A stretch of 64,000 nt of DNA from Gammaproteobacteria bacterium (GCA_021773835.1 JAJFJQ010000035.1:183213-247212); one strand, 5' to 3'. Positions 1-11,736 are shown, counted from the first letter of the stretch. Program-made: numbers and translations. Notes: generated from the sequence alone by a model not told the origin.

Positions 1-227
1 ATGGTTCGCACGAGCTTCCCTTGCGGTCGCTTTAATTGATAGTGCAGGCCGCGAAGTACGCTACCGCGAGAGCGGGAATGATTGTCTTGGACAAAATCGT
101 ATCGGATCCCCACTTCATCCGCGTAGCGTCTAGCCGAATAACTCTCGAATAGAAACCCTCTTTCGTCACCAAAACATTTGGGTTCGATGATTTTCACGTC
201 AGGAATATTGGTTGAACGTACCTGCAT
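1..227 (-). CDS. rfbC: dTDP-4-dehydrorhamnose 3,5-epimerase (partial, runs off left edge)
   Basis: Not in the ORF track. Manual translation from ATG at 227: MQVRSTNIPDVKIIEPKCFGDERGFLFESY...FVQDNHSRSRGSVLRGLHYQLKRPQGKLVR, with the RmlC motifs DERG, QDNHS and RGLHYQ. Confidence 0.93.
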   Translation of the reverse strand, partial: MQVRSTNIPDVKIIEPKCFGDERGFLFESYSARRYADEVGIRYDFVQDNHSRSRGSVLRGLHYQLKRPQGKLVRT

Positions 228-321
228 GCCTGGGACCAACTTCAACCGACTATAGACCAGATCCGATAATTGAACCTGTATGAAGAGTTCGACGATACAT
301 GTGCAAGTAGACCCAAAGTTT

Positions 322-1206
322 TTATTGTCGCTTTACCAATCGTCGTTCAAAGTCCGCTTCCTTGTAATGCAGCGAAGAGATGAGCTCTGCAAGGATCCCA
401 ATAAGAAAGGTAAACAGCGACGATATCAGCAGCAGTGCACTCATGTTTGTGAATCGATGAGCTGAAATATAGGTATAACCATAGTACGCCGATCCGATGA
501 CGAATAACGCAACACTGACCGGTAAAAACAAGCGCATGGGTGAGAATAGGGTCCCAATTTTGATGATCACCATAAAGAACCTGGCGCCATCATTGAGAAT
601 TCGAATATGGCTTGAGCCTTCACGCTGGTGTGCTCGGATCGGAACGTATCTAACTGGTAATCCGGAGCGAAAAAACGCCATTGTGCACGTTGATGGATAG
701 GAAAATCCATTTGGCAACAAATACAAAAAACGTTGGAAGTGTCGCGCGCGGGCAGCTCTGAATCCGGACGTCAGGTCATCTATTCGGCTGGCCGTCATAT
801 AGGACGCAAGTCCGTTATAGACACGGTTGGCAAATCGTCGCCAGAGAGAGGCGTGGGTATCCCAGGCACGCGCACCAACAGCCATTTCGTAGCCATTGTC
901 TAGTGGCTCCAATAGACGCGGAATATCTTCAGGGTCATGCTGTCCATCAGCATCCATGAAAATAAGGATATTACCGCTGGCACGTCGCGTACCGGATTTT
1001 ATCGCGGCTCCATTGCCCATAGAGTAAGGATGCGAAACGCGTATGACACCATTTTCCGCGCAAATTTCCGGCGTGGTATCGGTACTGCCGTCGTCGACGA
1101 CGATAATTTCCGCCGTCGGGAATTTTGTTTTCAGTTTTGGTAGCAATGCCGAAAGACCAACCGCCTCGTTTTTCGCCGGCATGATGATGCTAATTGATTC
1201 GGCCAT
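322..1206 (-). CDS. Glycosyltransferase family 2 (DPM1-like) with C-terminal TM helices
   Basis: Motifs IIMPAKNE, VVDDGSTD, FMDADGQH and DLTSGFR; two hydrophobic C-terminal segments; upstream of rfbC. Confidence 0.9.
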   Translation of the reverse strand: MAESISIIMPAKNEAVGLSALLPKLKTKFPTAEIIVVDDGSTDTTPEICAENGVIRVSHPYSMGNGAAIKSGTRRASGNILIFMDADGQHDPEDIPRLLEPLDNGYEMAVGARAWDTHASLWRRFANRVYNGLASYMTASRIDDLTSGFRAARARHFQRFLYLLPNGFSYPSTCTMAFFRSGLPVRYVPIRAHQREGSSHIRILNDGARFFMVIIKIGTLFSPMRLFLPVSVALFVIGSAYYGYTYISAHRFTNMSALLLISSLFTFLIGILAELISSLHYKEADFERRLVKRQ

Positions 1207-1331
1207 GACGATTCTCTTGTTTGATAGCTTGTTGATAACCTCGGCGTTGCCGGTCGGTCATCTTGTTAATCGGATCCAGGTGCGTGCCGTCAAGTAGGTG
1301 CCGGCAACTAGCATACCCGGTGCCATCGTGT

Positions 1332-2114
1332 TTACGCACCATGGGATGTTAAAGTTTTTAGCATCGCGCGGTGGATGCGTGGCGACGCACATAGGATATT
1401 GCCGCTTTTTAGCAAATTGCTCGATCCATCAGGCTCGGTAACGATGCCCCCGGCTTCTTGTACGAGCAGCGCACCTGCTGCAATGTCCCACGGTTGCAAT
1501 CCGTATTCCCAAAACCCGTCCAGTCGACCGCAAGCAAGGAAAGCGAGGTCGAGGCTGGCAGCGCCCGCGCGACGCACGCCGGCGACCTGAGGCAAAAAAG
1601 CGGCCAAGGTCGGGAGGTAGGAATTGAGCAGTGCTGGATTGCGGATCGGAAATCCTGTGGCAAGTAATGCATGGTCTAACGACTGGCAGTCACTCACTCT
1701 AATTCGGCGATTGTTGAGTTGCGCACCGGCACCGCGCGATGCAGTGAATAATTCATCGCGAACGGGATCGAAGATGACCCCTTGATCCAGCTCGCCGCGC
1801 ACCGTCAGGGCAATAGAGACTGAGAACTGGGGGTAGCCATGGAGGAAATTTGTGGTGCCGTCGAGTGGGTCGATTATCCATTCGTATTCGCCGGATCCCT
1901 GCTCCCCGGACTCTTCTGCAACGATGCTGTGGTCAGGATAGGCAGCGAGGAGCGTTTGAATGATTGTCGCTTCGGCCTCGCGATCGATCTCGGTGACGTA
2001 ATCTTGATGCCCTTTGGTGTCGACACGAATGTCGCCGAGCCGGTTCAGGGCGCGGTTAATAACCGTTCCGGCGCGTCGTGCGGCGCGCACGGCTATATTG
2101 AGCATAGGATGCAT
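1332..2114 (-). CDS. suhB: Inositol-1-monophosphatase SuhB
   Basis: MHPMLNIAVRAAR N-terminus, WIIDPLDGTTNF and WDIAAG motifs. Confidence 0.96.
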   Translation of the reverse strand: MHPMLNIAVRAARRAGTVINRALNRLGDIRVDTKGHQDYVTEIDREAEATIIQTLLAAYPDHSIVAEESGEQGSGEYEWIIDPLDGTTNFLHGYPQFSVSIALTVRGELDQGVIFDPVRDELFTASRGAGAQLNNRRIRVSDCQSLDHALLATGFPIRNPALLNSYLPTLAAFLPQVAGVRRAGAASLDLAFLACGRLDGFWEYGLQPWDIAAGALLVQEAGGIVTEPDGSSNLLKSGNILCASPRIHRAMLKTLTSHGA

Positions 2115-2125
2115 GATAGTTAGTC

Positions 2126-2965
2126 GTGTATAAGGGCCGAGTTATAGTAACGGATACAGGCGAAGATGCGGTGACAAATTCAACTTTAAGCGGCGCAACA
2201 GGTACTCCGGGCGAACAGACCAATGGCGTTCGTATCGTCTTGGTGGGCACGACCCACCCTGGCAACATCGGCTCCAGCGCGAGGGCGATGAAGGTAATGG
2301 GCTTCGACGAACTGTATCTGGTTGCGCCACGGAACTTCCCAGCTGCGGCCGCAACCGCAATGGCATCTGGTGCTGATGACCTATTGATGTCCGCAAATGT
2401 GGTGGATTCCGTCGAGGAGGCAGTCGCCGGATGCGCCATGGTTTTTGGTACGACGGCACGCGATCGGCATCTGCAATGGCCAATTTTATCGCCTAGTGCT
2501 GCCGCTACCGAAGTCGAAGCCGCCCTTGTCTATGGCCCTATTGCGCTCGTATTCGGGCGCGAACAGGCCGGTTTGACCAACACTGAGCTCGACTTATGCC
2601 AACGCGTGATACGTATTCCAACTGATCCTAACTTCAATTCACTTAATCTCGCGCAGGCGGTCCAAATATGCGTCTACGAATTGCGTAAGAAAATTGTCAG
2701 CGAATCGAAGCACAGCGTTGGCGGTGGCGATAGAGATCGGATGGCCACCGCAGTGGAACTAGACCTGCTGTATCACCATTTAATCGAGTCGATGGCCAAG
2801 GTCGGTTATTTCGACCCAACCAATCCGCGGTTATTGGAGCGTCGTTTGCGACGCTTACTCAACGGTTCCAACGTGCGCCAAAGTGAAGCCCAAATTTTGC
2901 GTGGTTATCTGACGGCGATCGACCGCAAGCTGGCCGCGAATGCGAAGCTGCCAGGAAGTGAGTAG
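2126..2965 (+). CDS. trmJ: tRNA (cytidine/uridine-2'-O)-methyltransferase TrmJ (start may be GTG 2171)
   Basis: Motifs RIVLVGTTHPGNIGSSARAMKVMG, FGREQAGLTN and SLNLAQAV; divergent from suhB as is usual. Confidence 0.92.
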   Translation: MYKGRVIVTDTGEDAVTNSTLSGATGTPGEQTNGVRIVLVGTTHPGNIGSSARAMKVMGFDELYLVAPRNFPAAAATAMASGADDLLMSANVVDSVEEAVAGCAMVFGTTARDRHLQWPILSPSAAATEVEAALVYGPIALVFGREQAGLTNTELDLCQRVIRIPTDPNFNSLNLAQAVQICVYELRKKIVSESKHSVGGGDRDRMATAVELDLLYHHLIESMAKVGYFDPTNPRLLERRLRRLLNGSNVRQSEAQILRGYLTAIDRKLAANAKLPGSE

Positions 2966-2984
2966 GATTGCGAAGCCGGCTGAA

Positions 2985-4037
2985 TCAGACTAGCAAACCG
3001 CTATAGCTCACTTCGCCATTATTACCGGCGCCAACCGTTCCGATTTCGAATACGACTTCCCCAAGTTCGCTTAACACGGCGGCGACCTCGGCCGATTGCG
3101 CGTGTGGCACGATAACGGCCATCCCGATCCCGCAGTTAAAGGTTCGTAGTAGCTCCTGGTGTTCGATCGGGCCGGCTTTCGCTAACAACTCGAATATCGC
3201 CGGCAGCGTCCAACTATCGAGGTCAATCTTTACACTGGCCCCGGTGGGCATAACGCGCGGTAGATTTTCCGTAATACCACCGCCGGTAATGTGTGCCAAA
3301 CCGTGGATTTCGAACTCGTGCAAAATTTGTAGCAGCGGTTTTACATATATCCGTGTCGGCTCCATCAAGACATCAACGAGAGAGCGACCATCGATCTGGG
3401 TTGTGGCTAAGCTTGGTTGGTCAGCCAGTACTCGACGAACGAGCGAGTAACCGTTCGAATGGAGCCCACTCGATGCGATTCCGAGGATACGGTCTCCTAT
3501 TGCGACCGTGCTACCGTCCAGAATATTCTCGCGCTCTGCCGCACCGACACAAAAACCGGCCAGATCATAGTCACTGTCGGCATACATATCTGGCATTTCG
3601 GCGGTTTCGCCGCCCAATAGCGCTGCACCGGCGATCTCGCATCCGCGAGCAATGCCCTCTATAACCTGACGGGCTGTGGCCACGTCAAGCTTACCGCTGG
3701 CAAAATAGTCAAGAAAAAAAAGCGGCTCTGCGCCCTGCACAATGATGTCGTTGACGCACATTGCGACTAAGTCGATTCCCACTGTTGTATGCCGGGCGCT
3801 CTCCACCGCGAGTTTGAGTTTTGTTCCGACACCGTCGGTCGCGGAAACCAGCACGGGATCGCGGTAGCCGCAGTCCATCAGCGCGAACAGGCCACCGAAA
3901 CCGCCAAGGTCACTCGCAACCCCCGGACGATGGGTACGTTTCACTGCGGGCTTGATTTGCTCGACGAGGCTGGTGCCGCGCTCAATATCAACCCCGGCGT
4001 CCCGATAGGAGACGGGTTTTTTAATTTTTTCGGACAT
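2985..4037 (-). CDS. purM: Phosphoribosylformylglycinamidine cyclo-ligase
   Basis: Motifs SYRDAGVDI, ATDGVGTKL, SSGLHSNGYSL and FNCGIGM; start moved to ATG 4037 (MSEKIKK). Confidence 0.97.
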   Translation of the reverse strand: MSEKIKKPVSYRDAGVDIERGTSLVEQIKPAVKRTHRPGVASDLGGFGGLFALMDCGYRDPVLVSATDGVGTKLKLAVESARHTTVGIDLVAMCVNDIIVQGAEPLFFLDYFASGKLDVATARQVIEGIARGCEIAGAALLGGETAEMPDMYADSDYDLAGFCVGAAERENILDGSTVAIGDRILGIASSGLHSNGYSLVRRVLADQPSLATTQIDGRSLVDVLMEPTRIYVKPLLQILHEFEIHGLAHITGGGITENLPRVMPTGASVKIDLDSWTLPAIFELLAKAGPIEHQELLRTFNCGIGMAVIVPHAQSAEVAAVLSELGEVVFEIGTVGAGNNGEVSYSGLLV

Positions 4038-4325
4038 GTTGTAAATACGAGATGGTGTGGTCGGCATTCTGCACCAGAAACCTCAATTGAACCATTGCTC
4101 CAAGATGCGTTTGTAGCCCTGGGGGAGTCGTCCTGGAGACGGTCCTATGCCTCAATTCGAGCTTGAGTTGACGATATATGATGGTCTGCTAGCGGTGCGA
4201 CGGCGTTTGTTGAGTGAGCGACGGTTAGGCTGGCGGCCGGTCATCGCCGATTTTGCCCGAATATACATTGGTCCGGTTAGCGCCCGGGCCGGTGCGATTC
4301 ACGTGCATGGATTGTGGCGTGAGTC

Positions 4326-4355
4326 TTGACTTGCTAAATCGCTTTCGCATAGCGT
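4326..4355 (+). promoter_or_regulatory. Putative sigma70 promoter for the DUF2066 gene (possibly leaderless)
   Basis: TTGACT-N18-TAGCGT ending 6 nt before ATG 4362; no SD. Confidence 0.4.
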
Positions 4356-4361
4356 TCGTGA

Positions 4362-5405
4362 ATGCGGATCTTAAAGACACTTATAAGTATCGTATTCATT
4401 CTCTTTGCGATTAGCGTTGATGCAGCAGATGTTGAAGGGCTCAATAGCGCACGCGTACGCGTGTCAGACCGATCCGATGCAGAATTTGACCGAGGAGTCG
4501 CTCGAGCCCTAGAGGCCGTGATCATCAAGCTTACTGGCGATAGCGCCGCTCCCCGATCGAGCGGTGGCCGTGCGGTGGTTGGGCAAGCACAGCGGCTGGT
4601 GCAACAATTCGGCTACGAGCGACCGCGAAGCAGCGCCGCCCACGCCAATGATCTGGTGTTGCGAGTGGAGTTCGACGCGCGCATTTTGGCCGATCAAATG
4701 CGTTCTCAGAATCTCGTTGTATGGGGCAAGGAGCGACCAGAAACCTTAGTTTGGTTGGTCCTGGATGACGCTAGCGGGCGCAGGATTTTGGGTGCGCAAG
4801 ATACCCATGAACTCATTCGGGTGATGAAAAACCGCGCGCTTATCCGTGGTATTCCGCTTGTGTTTCCCCTGGCGGACATAGCGGAGACCAGCGTACTCGC
4901 TGACCAAATGCCTAACACTGCGTTGGCAAATGTGGTGTATGCGAACTCCGAAAAATACGGGGTCCGCTCGGTACTGATTGGGCACATTCGACAGGTAGCA
5001 TCATCGCTTTGGGAGAATCATTGGACCTTGCAGGTCGCCGGAAAGTCGATCACTTGGGACCAACAGGGCGATATCGTCGAGCTATTGGTCGAGGAATCCA
5101 CTGATAGTTTGGCCAATGCGCTTGGACGGCGTTATGCAGGAGCGGCCAATCAAAACGCCAATGACGTCGTTGCGGTAACTGTGACCGGGTTGCACTCCGC
5201 CGCCGACTACGCGCGTACCGAGCGATATTTGGCCACGCTTGATACCGTCACTGGTCTACTCGTGCGTCAGGTAGACGAGCAGGGGATAGTTTTCGATCTC
5301 TCTGTCCAGGGTGGCTTGTCGAGCTTGAATCAAAGCATTTCATTTGGGCAAACGCTCACGCCGGACCCAATCGATCCGGGCGTTTTCCGGCTCAATCCCC
5401 GATAG
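4362..5405 (+). CDS. DUF2066 family exported protein
   Basis: Signal peptide, VWGKERPETLVWL and RGIPLVFPLAD motifs; conserved position divergent from purM. Confidence 0.85.
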   Translation: MRILKTLISIVFILFAISVDAADVEGLNSARVRVSDRSDAEFDRGVARALEAVIIKLTGDSAAPRSSGGRAVVGQAQRLVQQFGYERPRSSAAHANDLVLRVEFDARILADQMRSQNLVVWGKERPETLVWLVLDDASGRRILGAQDTHELIRVMKNRALIRGIPLVFPLADIAETSVLADQMPNTALANVVYANSEKYGVRSVLIGHIRQVASSLWENHWTLQVAGKSITWDQQGDIVELLVEESTDSLANALGRRYAGAANQNANDVVAVTVTGLHSAADYARTERYLATLDTVTGLLVRQVDEQGIVFDLSVQGGLSSLNQSISFGQTLTPDPIDPGVFRLNPR

Positions 5406-5413
5406 CGTCGGCG

Positions 5414-6505
5414 GTGGTAATTTCCGACTCGCAGAAATGGTTGATTGTCGCGCTCATCGCGCTCAGCGGATGGCTTGTGTACCTGCTTGCACCGGTGCTA
5501 ACACCGTTTCTAATCAGCCTATTGTTATCCTATCTTGGTGATCCGTTGGTCGATCGCCTGGAGCGATTGCGGCTATCGAGAACCGTCTCAGTCGTAATTG
5601 TTTTCGTCGGTATGCTGTTATTCGGGTTCGCAGCGATTGTTGTTGTCGTGCCCGCATTGCAGGCGCAAGTAACCATCTTATTAGAACATATCCCGACCGC
5701 GATCGATTGGGTTCAGCAATGGTTGCTGCCTAAGATGTCAGCCTATCTATCGACTGAAGAAATACCAATTGACGCCGCGGCAATCAAAGAAGCGCTGCTA
5801 GGCCATTGGGCCGAGGTTGGTTCTGTAGCACGAAATCTAATGGGGCACATCGGGCGATCGGGTCAGTTGCTGGCCGGTTGGATCACCTACCTGCTTCTGA
5901 TCCCGGTCGTGACATTCTATTTGTTACGCGACTGGGACATCTTGGTTCACAACGTACACGATTTGATTCCACGCTCTCTAGAGCCGACGGTGGTGAGCTT
6001 GGCAAGAGAAATTGATGCAGTGTTGGCTGAATTTTTGCGCGGTCAACTCACGGTCATGGCAGCGTTGGCTACCATGTACGTGATCGGGCTATGGGCCGTT
6101 GGCTTGGAATTGGCGTTCATCGTTGGTGTACTCGCCGGCGTTGTCAGTTTTGTCCCCTACCTCGGGGTTATCGTTGGGGTCATTGTTGCTGGTCTAGCTG
6201 CGCTTGTGCAATTCCACGATGTGATTCATATCGTTGGGGTGGTCGCTGTATTTGGGGTCGGCCAGCTACTCGAAGGTATGGTGCTGTCGCCGCTATTAGT
6301 CGGTGATCGTATCGGCCTGCATCCGGTTGCGGTGATTTTCGCGGTTATGGCCGGCGGACAATTGTTCGGCTTCATCGGAGTGTTGTTGGCGTTGCCGGTG
6401 GCAGCGGTAATTGTCGTGCTGCTGCGGCACTCGAAGACGGAGTATCAGAAAAGCGAAATATACGGGTCGAACCCGCCTAGCGAAATTATTGTCGATGGTG
6501 ATTGA
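5414..6505 (+). CDS. AI-2E family transporter (PerM-like)
   Basis: Multi-TM protein with LAYLGDP-like, FLRGQL, VPYLG, P.LVGDRIGLHPV and GGQLFGFIG.LLALP motifs. Confidence 0.92.
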   Translation: MVISDSQKWLIVALIALSGWLVYLLAPVLTPFLISLLLSYLGDPLVDRLERLRLSRTVSVVIVFVGMLLFGFAAIVVVVPALQAQVTILLEHIPTAIDWVQQWLLPKMSAYLSTEEIPIDAAAIKEALLGHWAEVGSVARNLMGHIGRSGQLLAGWITYLLLIPVVTFYLLRDWDILVHNVHDLIPRSLEPTVVSLAREIDAVLAEFLRGQLTVMAALATMYVIGLWAVGLELAFIVGVLAGVVSFVPYLGVIVGVIVAGLAALVQFHDVIHIVGVVAVFGVGQLLEGMVLSPLLVGDRIGLHPVAVIFAVMAGGQLFGFIGVLLALPVAAVIVVLLRHSKTEYQKSEIYGSNPPSEIIVDGD

Positions 6506-6621
6506 AACCGGATGCTACGGCAAATAATGCCGAATTGCTTTCGTCAACCAGGATCCACTATTTGGGGTGACCCATCACTGATGCCCCGGCCGGTGGTGTA
6601 GCGCCTGCGACCATTGTTCCG

Positions 6622-7326
6622 ATGCCACTCTCCCTACCGCAGTTGACGCTAGCCTTATTCGATGAGGCGGCGCTTGATCTGGCAGACTTCATTCCCGGTG
6701 AAAATCAATTCGTCGTTGACGCAGTGACACGATGGGTGTCCAACGACGGCCCCTGGTACTTAATGCTATGGGGCGCCACTGGGACCGGAAAGTCGCATCT
6801 AATGCAATCTGCTATCCGCGCTGTCGGAGACCAGAAGCTTCGGGCAATGTATGTTCCGCTCGGCCAGGTGATGGAGTTCGAACCGGAAATACTCGAGGAT
6901 CTGGAATCAATCGATTTCATCGCTATTGACGATGTCCATCTTGCAGCGGGCGATAAGGCGTGGGAGCTCGCTTTGTTTAATTTGTTTAATCGTCTCCAGG
7001 CTTCGGGTACCCGCTTAGCGGTTAGTTCTAGCCACGGTCCGCAAAATCTTCTGCTTGATCTCCAGGATCTAAGTTCGCGTCTGAGCTCCGGATTGATCTG
7101 TCATCTTTCCGATCTCGACGACAGCGGCAAACAGGCTGTTCTGCAGCACCGCGCAATGCGGCGTGGTCTCAACATGCCGGATAATGTTGCACGCTACTTA
7201 ATCCACCGCCTGCGTCGCGATATGCGCGGCCTCAACATGATATTTGAGCGCATCGACGCGGCCTCGCTGAGTGCCGGTCGTGAACTAACGATCCCGTTTG
7301 TGCGCGATGTGCTCGGCCTGGACTAA
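6622..7326 (+). CDS. hda: DnaA regulatory inactivator Hda
   Basis: QLTL clamp-binding motif, G.TGTGKSHL, DDVH, LFNLFN and DLSSRLSSG. Confidence 0.93.
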   Translation: MPLSLPQLTLALFDEAALDLADFIPGENQFVVDAVTRWVSNDGPWYLMLWGATGTGKSHLMQSAIRAVGDQKLRAMYVPLGQVMEFEPEILEDLESIDFIAIDDVHLAAGDKAWELALFNLFNRLQASGTRLAVSSSHGPQNLLLDLQDLSSRLSSGLICHLSDLDDSGKQAVLQHRAMRRGLNMPDNVARYLIHRLRRDMRGLNMIFERIDAASLSAGRELTIPFVRDVLGLD

Positions 7327-7335
7327 GTTGCAAGC

Positions 7336-7929
<594 letters not shown>

Positions 7930-8283
7930 TCAATCCAGTGGCAAAGAATCAATGTTTTCTGGCGGACGTCCGATCACGGCTTGAGCACCAGCGATGACGA
8001 TCGGGCGTTCAATCAAGATCGGATTAGCCACCATCGCCTCGATTAGGTCATCGGCAGTCAACTTTGGATCCGCTAGCCCGAGCTCACCGTAACACGCCTC
8101 TTTATCCCGCATAAAATCGCGCGGGCTGATGTCGAGTTTTTTGAGGATTGATTTTAGGGTTTGAGCGTCAGGTGGGTTGACTAAATATTCGACGATGATC
8201 GGTTCCACGCCTTTGTCTAGCAATAGCTCTAAAGTCTTGCGCGACTTGGAACACCGTGGATTATGGTAGATAGTTACATTCAT
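7930..8283 (-). CDS. arsC: Arsenate reductase (glutaredoxin), ArsC family
   Basis: Motifs IYHNPRCSKSR and LIERPIV. Confidence 0.92.
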   Translation of the reverse strand: MNVTIYHNPRCSKSRKTLELLLDKGVEPIIVEYLVNPPDAQTLKSILKKLDISPRDFMRDKEACYGELGLADPKLTADDLIEAMVANPILIERPIVIAGAQAVIGRPPENIDSLPLD

Positions 8284-8449
8284 GGTGGACCACCTTTCTA
8301 CTGTGCGATTGATTGAGACGGTCGATATTGGTGCGCCATTTTAGCGAGAAATAATGACGGCGCACGATATTGTTACCGGCCACGGGTGAAGCCACTTCAG
8401 ACTAAGTGACAAAGACAGTGTCAAATAGCATCGGTAAACGGAAGTTCAT

Positions 8450-9730
8450 ATGGAACGGCTAATCAATATATTTCTACAGTTCGTCGATTTTTGCCGTTAC
8501 CTCAAGCAGCGCTTCGTCGCCGACCATTGCCTCAGCGCTGCCGCATCACTCGCCTACACTTCGCTGTTGGCCCTGGTGCCGTTGTTTACGATCATTTTCG
8601 TGACCTTAGCGGCATTCCCGGCCTTTCAAGAATGGCGGGGCGACATCGAGGATTTTATCTTTCGAAATTTTGTCCCGGCCCTGGGCGATCAGGTGCGCGG
8701 TTATTTAGTCGATTTCAGCGACAAGGCACGGGGACTCCAAGCGGTCGGCACAATCGTTCTAGTTGTTACGGTGCTCGCGATGATGTCGACCATTGAATCA
8801 ACGTTCAACGTCATTTGGCGGATCCAACGTCGCCGTCCCTTGGTAGTAAGGTTTCTGGTTTACTGGGCGGTACTGACGCTTGGTCCACTGCTGATCGGTG
8901 CCAGTATATTCGTCACCTCCTATCTGGTTTCCCTGCCATTTTTACCGTCGAGCGCCGAGACCCTCGGGTTGAAAACGCGATTGCTCAGTGCAGTCCCGAT
9001 TATGTCTACCACCTTGGCATTTGTAATGTTCTTCAAATTAATACCCTACCGACCCGTACCGTTCCGACATGCGTTGATCGGAGGTCTCGTCGCCGGCGTA
9101 TTGTTTGAATTGGCAAAACGCGGCTTCGCGGTGTATGTCACTGGGTTCACCGCGCAACAGGCGATCTACGGCGCCTTTGCAACACTGCCGATATTCTTGC
9201 TGTGGATCTATTTGTCCTGGACGGTAGTGTTGTTGGGCGCAGAGATCACGCAGTGCTTGACCACTTATAAGGCCGTCTCGAGCCGCCGTCGATCGAGTTT
9301 GTATAGCAACCCAATCTACGCCACGTTTCGGGTTCTGCTTCGGCTCTACGAAGGACAGGTCGCGGGCGCGCCCTTATCAGACAAACGGCTTTTTACCCGG
9401 GAACCTGATCTCGGATTCGATGCCATAAACCAGGCGCTAGACCGGCTCGATGCAGCGAATTGGATCAGTCGCAATGACGCATTTCATTGGGTTCTGGTTC
9501 GCGATCTTCATCGCGTGACAATCGTCGATCTCATGCAGATTGCGCCAACCATCGTGCACGCCGAGGATGTGCCAGATCTCAAACTCGATAGTGCCGACGA
9601 GCGTTTTGTGCACGCCTTACGCACCCATGCGGCGTGGCTCAACCATAATATGGATACGCCAATCGCAGAACTGATCCTTGAGCATTCCGCACTAGAGGAA
9701 CATGAGTCCTCAACGGTCCAATCACCATAA
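8450..9730 (+). CDS. YihY/BrkB family inner membrane protein with C-terminal winged-helix-like extension
   Basis: Motifs AASLAYTSLLALVP, YWAVLTLGP and IYGAFATLPIFLLWIYLSW..VLLGAE; about 140-aa soluble tail. Confidence 0.9.
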   Translation: MERLINIFLQFVDFCRYLKQRFVADHCLSAAASLAYTSLLALVPLFTIIFVTLAAFPAFQEWRGDIEDFIFRNFVPALGDQVRGYLVDFSDKARGLQAVGTIVLVVTVLAMMSTIESTFNVIWRIQRRRPLVVRFLVYWAVLTLGPLLIGASIFVTSYLVSLPFLPSSAETLGLKTRLLSAVPIMSTTLAFVMFFKLIPYRPVPFRHALIGGLVAGVLFELAKRGFAVYVTGFTAQQAIYGAFATLPIFLLWIYLSWTVVLLGAEITQCLTTYKAVSSRRRSSLYSNPIYATFRVLLRLYEGQVAGAPLSDKRLFTREPDLGFDAINQALDRLDAANWISRNDAFHWVLVRDLHRVTIVDLMQIAPTIVHAEDVPDLKLDSADERFVHALRTHAAWLNHNMDTPIAELILEHSALEEHESSTVQSP

Positions 9731-9739
9731 TTAAGTTGG

Positions 9740-10015
9740 TTGGTTGTGGTGGTCGCAAAGCATTTCCAGATACGCGGTCGCGTACAAGGTGTTTTCTATC
9801 GAGGATCGGCTCGCAATGAGGCGCGCCGTCTTGGTCTAGTCGGTTGGGTCAAGAACTTAGCCGGCGGTAGTGTCGAGGCGTACGCGTGTGGAGAAGAAAC
9901 TTCGCTGAATCAGTTCGAGGGATGGCTTAGAACTGGCCCACCTCATGCCCGAGTCAATGACGTCGTGGTTAGCGGAGCGGTCGTTGAGGAACTAGCAGAC
10001 TTTATCGTGCGCTAG
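9740..10015 (+). CDS. acyP: Acylphosphatase
   Basis: Motifs GRVQGVFYR, GWVKNL..GSVE and GPPHARV. Confidence 0.92.
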   Translation: MVVVVAKHFQIRGRVQGVFYRGSARNEARRLGLVGWVKNLAGGSVEAYACGEETSLNQFEGWLRTGPPHARVNDVVVSGAVVEELADFIVR

Positions 10016-10017
10016 CG

Positions 10018-11736
10018 CTACAACGAACTGGGTAACAGCTTGCCTTGAATAAAGCCCAAACAATCCTCTATCGGGATATCATCGGAAGCGTCGTCCGTGC
10101 GCCCTTTATATTCGAGTGTGCCAGCGTCTAGCCCGCGGTCACTCAGTACCAGTCGATGCGGAATGCCGATCAATTCAAGGTTAGCGAACATCACCCCTGG
10201 CCGTTCTTTACCATCGCACAATAAGACGTCGATGCCGGCGGTCATGAAGCGTTCGTACAGCGATTCTGCCATCGCTTGTACACGCGACGATTTATGCGCG
10301 TTAACCGGCGCGATCGCGACGTGAAACGGCGCAATTGAGGTCGGCCAGATGATCCCGCTCTCGTCGTGATTTTGCTCGATCGCAGCCGCCACTATTCGTG
10401 ACACGCCGATCCCGTAGCACCCCATCGCTAGCGTCACCGCCTTACCATTCTCATCGAGCACGGTGGCTTTCATTGCCTCACTATATTTGGTCCCAAGCTG
10501 AAAAATATGGCCGACTTCTATACCGCGCTTGACCTCGAGCGCGCCCGCGCCATCCGGGCTCTCATCGCCGCTTACAACGTTACGAATGTCAACACTCTCC
10601 GGCTCTGGAAGGTCACGTGCCCAATTTACTCCGCGTAGGTGCTGGCCTTCTTGGTTCGCGCCGCACACGAAATCTGTCAGCGCGCACGCAGCGTGATCCA
10701 CGAAAATAGGTACTTCAAGTCCGACTGGGCCGAGCGAACCCGGGCTACAACCGACCGCGGCTTGTATCTTCTGTGCCTCGGCAAAACGGATCGGAGATGC
10801 GACCCCCGGTAGGTTTTGCGCCTTGATCACATTAAGCTCATGATCGCCGCGCAATACTAGAGCGACAATGCTGTCCTGTGCACCTTCAACCATCAAGGTC
10901 TTCACGCATTGCGCGGGGGTCGTACCGAGAAAGTCGCTAACCGCCTCTATGGTGTGCTGGTCAGGCGTGTCCACGCTTTCGCACGGGCTGTTGCCATCCG
11001 CACGTGACGCAGTGGGTTTTACCGTCGCCACCATTTCGACATTCGCGGCAAATCGCCCATCACTGCTAAACGCGATCTGATCTTCGCCTGAGTCTGCGAG
11101 CACATGAAATTCATGCGAGGTGGAGCCGCCGATGTTACCGGTATCGGCGATCACCGCGCGGTAGCTTAGGCCGATGCGATCGAAAATTCGGCTATAGCTT
11201 GCGTACATTTGATCGTAGGTTTCTTGCAGTGAGTCGTGGTCAAGATGAAAGGAATACGCATCCTTCATTAGAAACTCTCGCGCTCGCATAATGCCGTAGC
11301 GCGGCCGGATCTCGTCGCGGAATTTCGTTTGTATTTGGTAGAAATTGGCGGGTAGTTGTTTGTAGCTTCGAACTTCGCGGCGCACTAGATCGGTGATGAT
11401 CTCTTCGTGCGTCGGTCCCAAACAAAATTGTCGTTGGTGGCGATCTTCGAAGCGAAGTAGTTCCGGACCGTAGGCGTCCCAACGACCAGATTCATTCCAC
11501 AGCTCCGCCGGCTGCACGCTCGACATCAAGATCTCTTGGGCGCCGGCGCGGTTCATTTCATCGCGAACGATATTTTCGACCCGGCGAAGTACTTTCAACC
11601 CGAGCGGTAACCAGGTGTAGATGCCGGCGGCCAGTTGGCGTACTAAACCGGCCCGAATCATCAGTTGGTGGCTGACGATCTCGGTATCAGCGGGCGATTC
11701 CCGCAAGGTTGGTAGCAGCAGTTTGGACAGTCTCAT
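10018..11736 (-). CDS. proS: Proline--tRNA ligase (with INS editing domain)
   Basis: Motifs [41 protein letters not shown] and [10 protein letters not shown]. Confidence 0.98.
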   Translation of the reverse strand: MRLSKLLLPTLRESPADTEIVSHQLMIRAGLVRQLAAGIYTWLPLGLKVLRRVENIVRDEMNRAGAQEILMSSVQPAELWNESGRWDAYGPELLRFEDRHQRQFCLGPTHEEIITDLVRREVRSYKQLPANFYQIQTKFRDEIRPRYGIMRAREFLMKDAYSFHLDHDSLQETYDQMYASYSRIFDRIGLSYRAVIADTGNIGGSTSHEFHVLADSGEDQIAFSSDGRFAANVEMVATVKPTASRADGNSPCESVDTPDQHTIEAVSDFLGTTPAQCVKTLMVEGAQDSIVALVLRGDHELNVIKAQNLPGVASPIRFAEAQKIQAAVGCSPGSLGPVGLEVPIFVDHAACALTDFVCGANQEGQHLRGVNWARDLPEPESVDIRNVVSGDESPDGAGALEVKRGIEVGHIFQLGTKYSEAMKATVLDENGKAVTLAMGCYGIGVSRIVAAAIEQNHDESGIIWPTSIAPFHVAIAPVNAHKSSRVQAMAESLYERFMTAGIDVLLCDGKERPGVMFANLELIGIPHRLVLSDRGLDAGTLEYKGRTDDASDDIPIEDCLGFIQGKLLPSSL

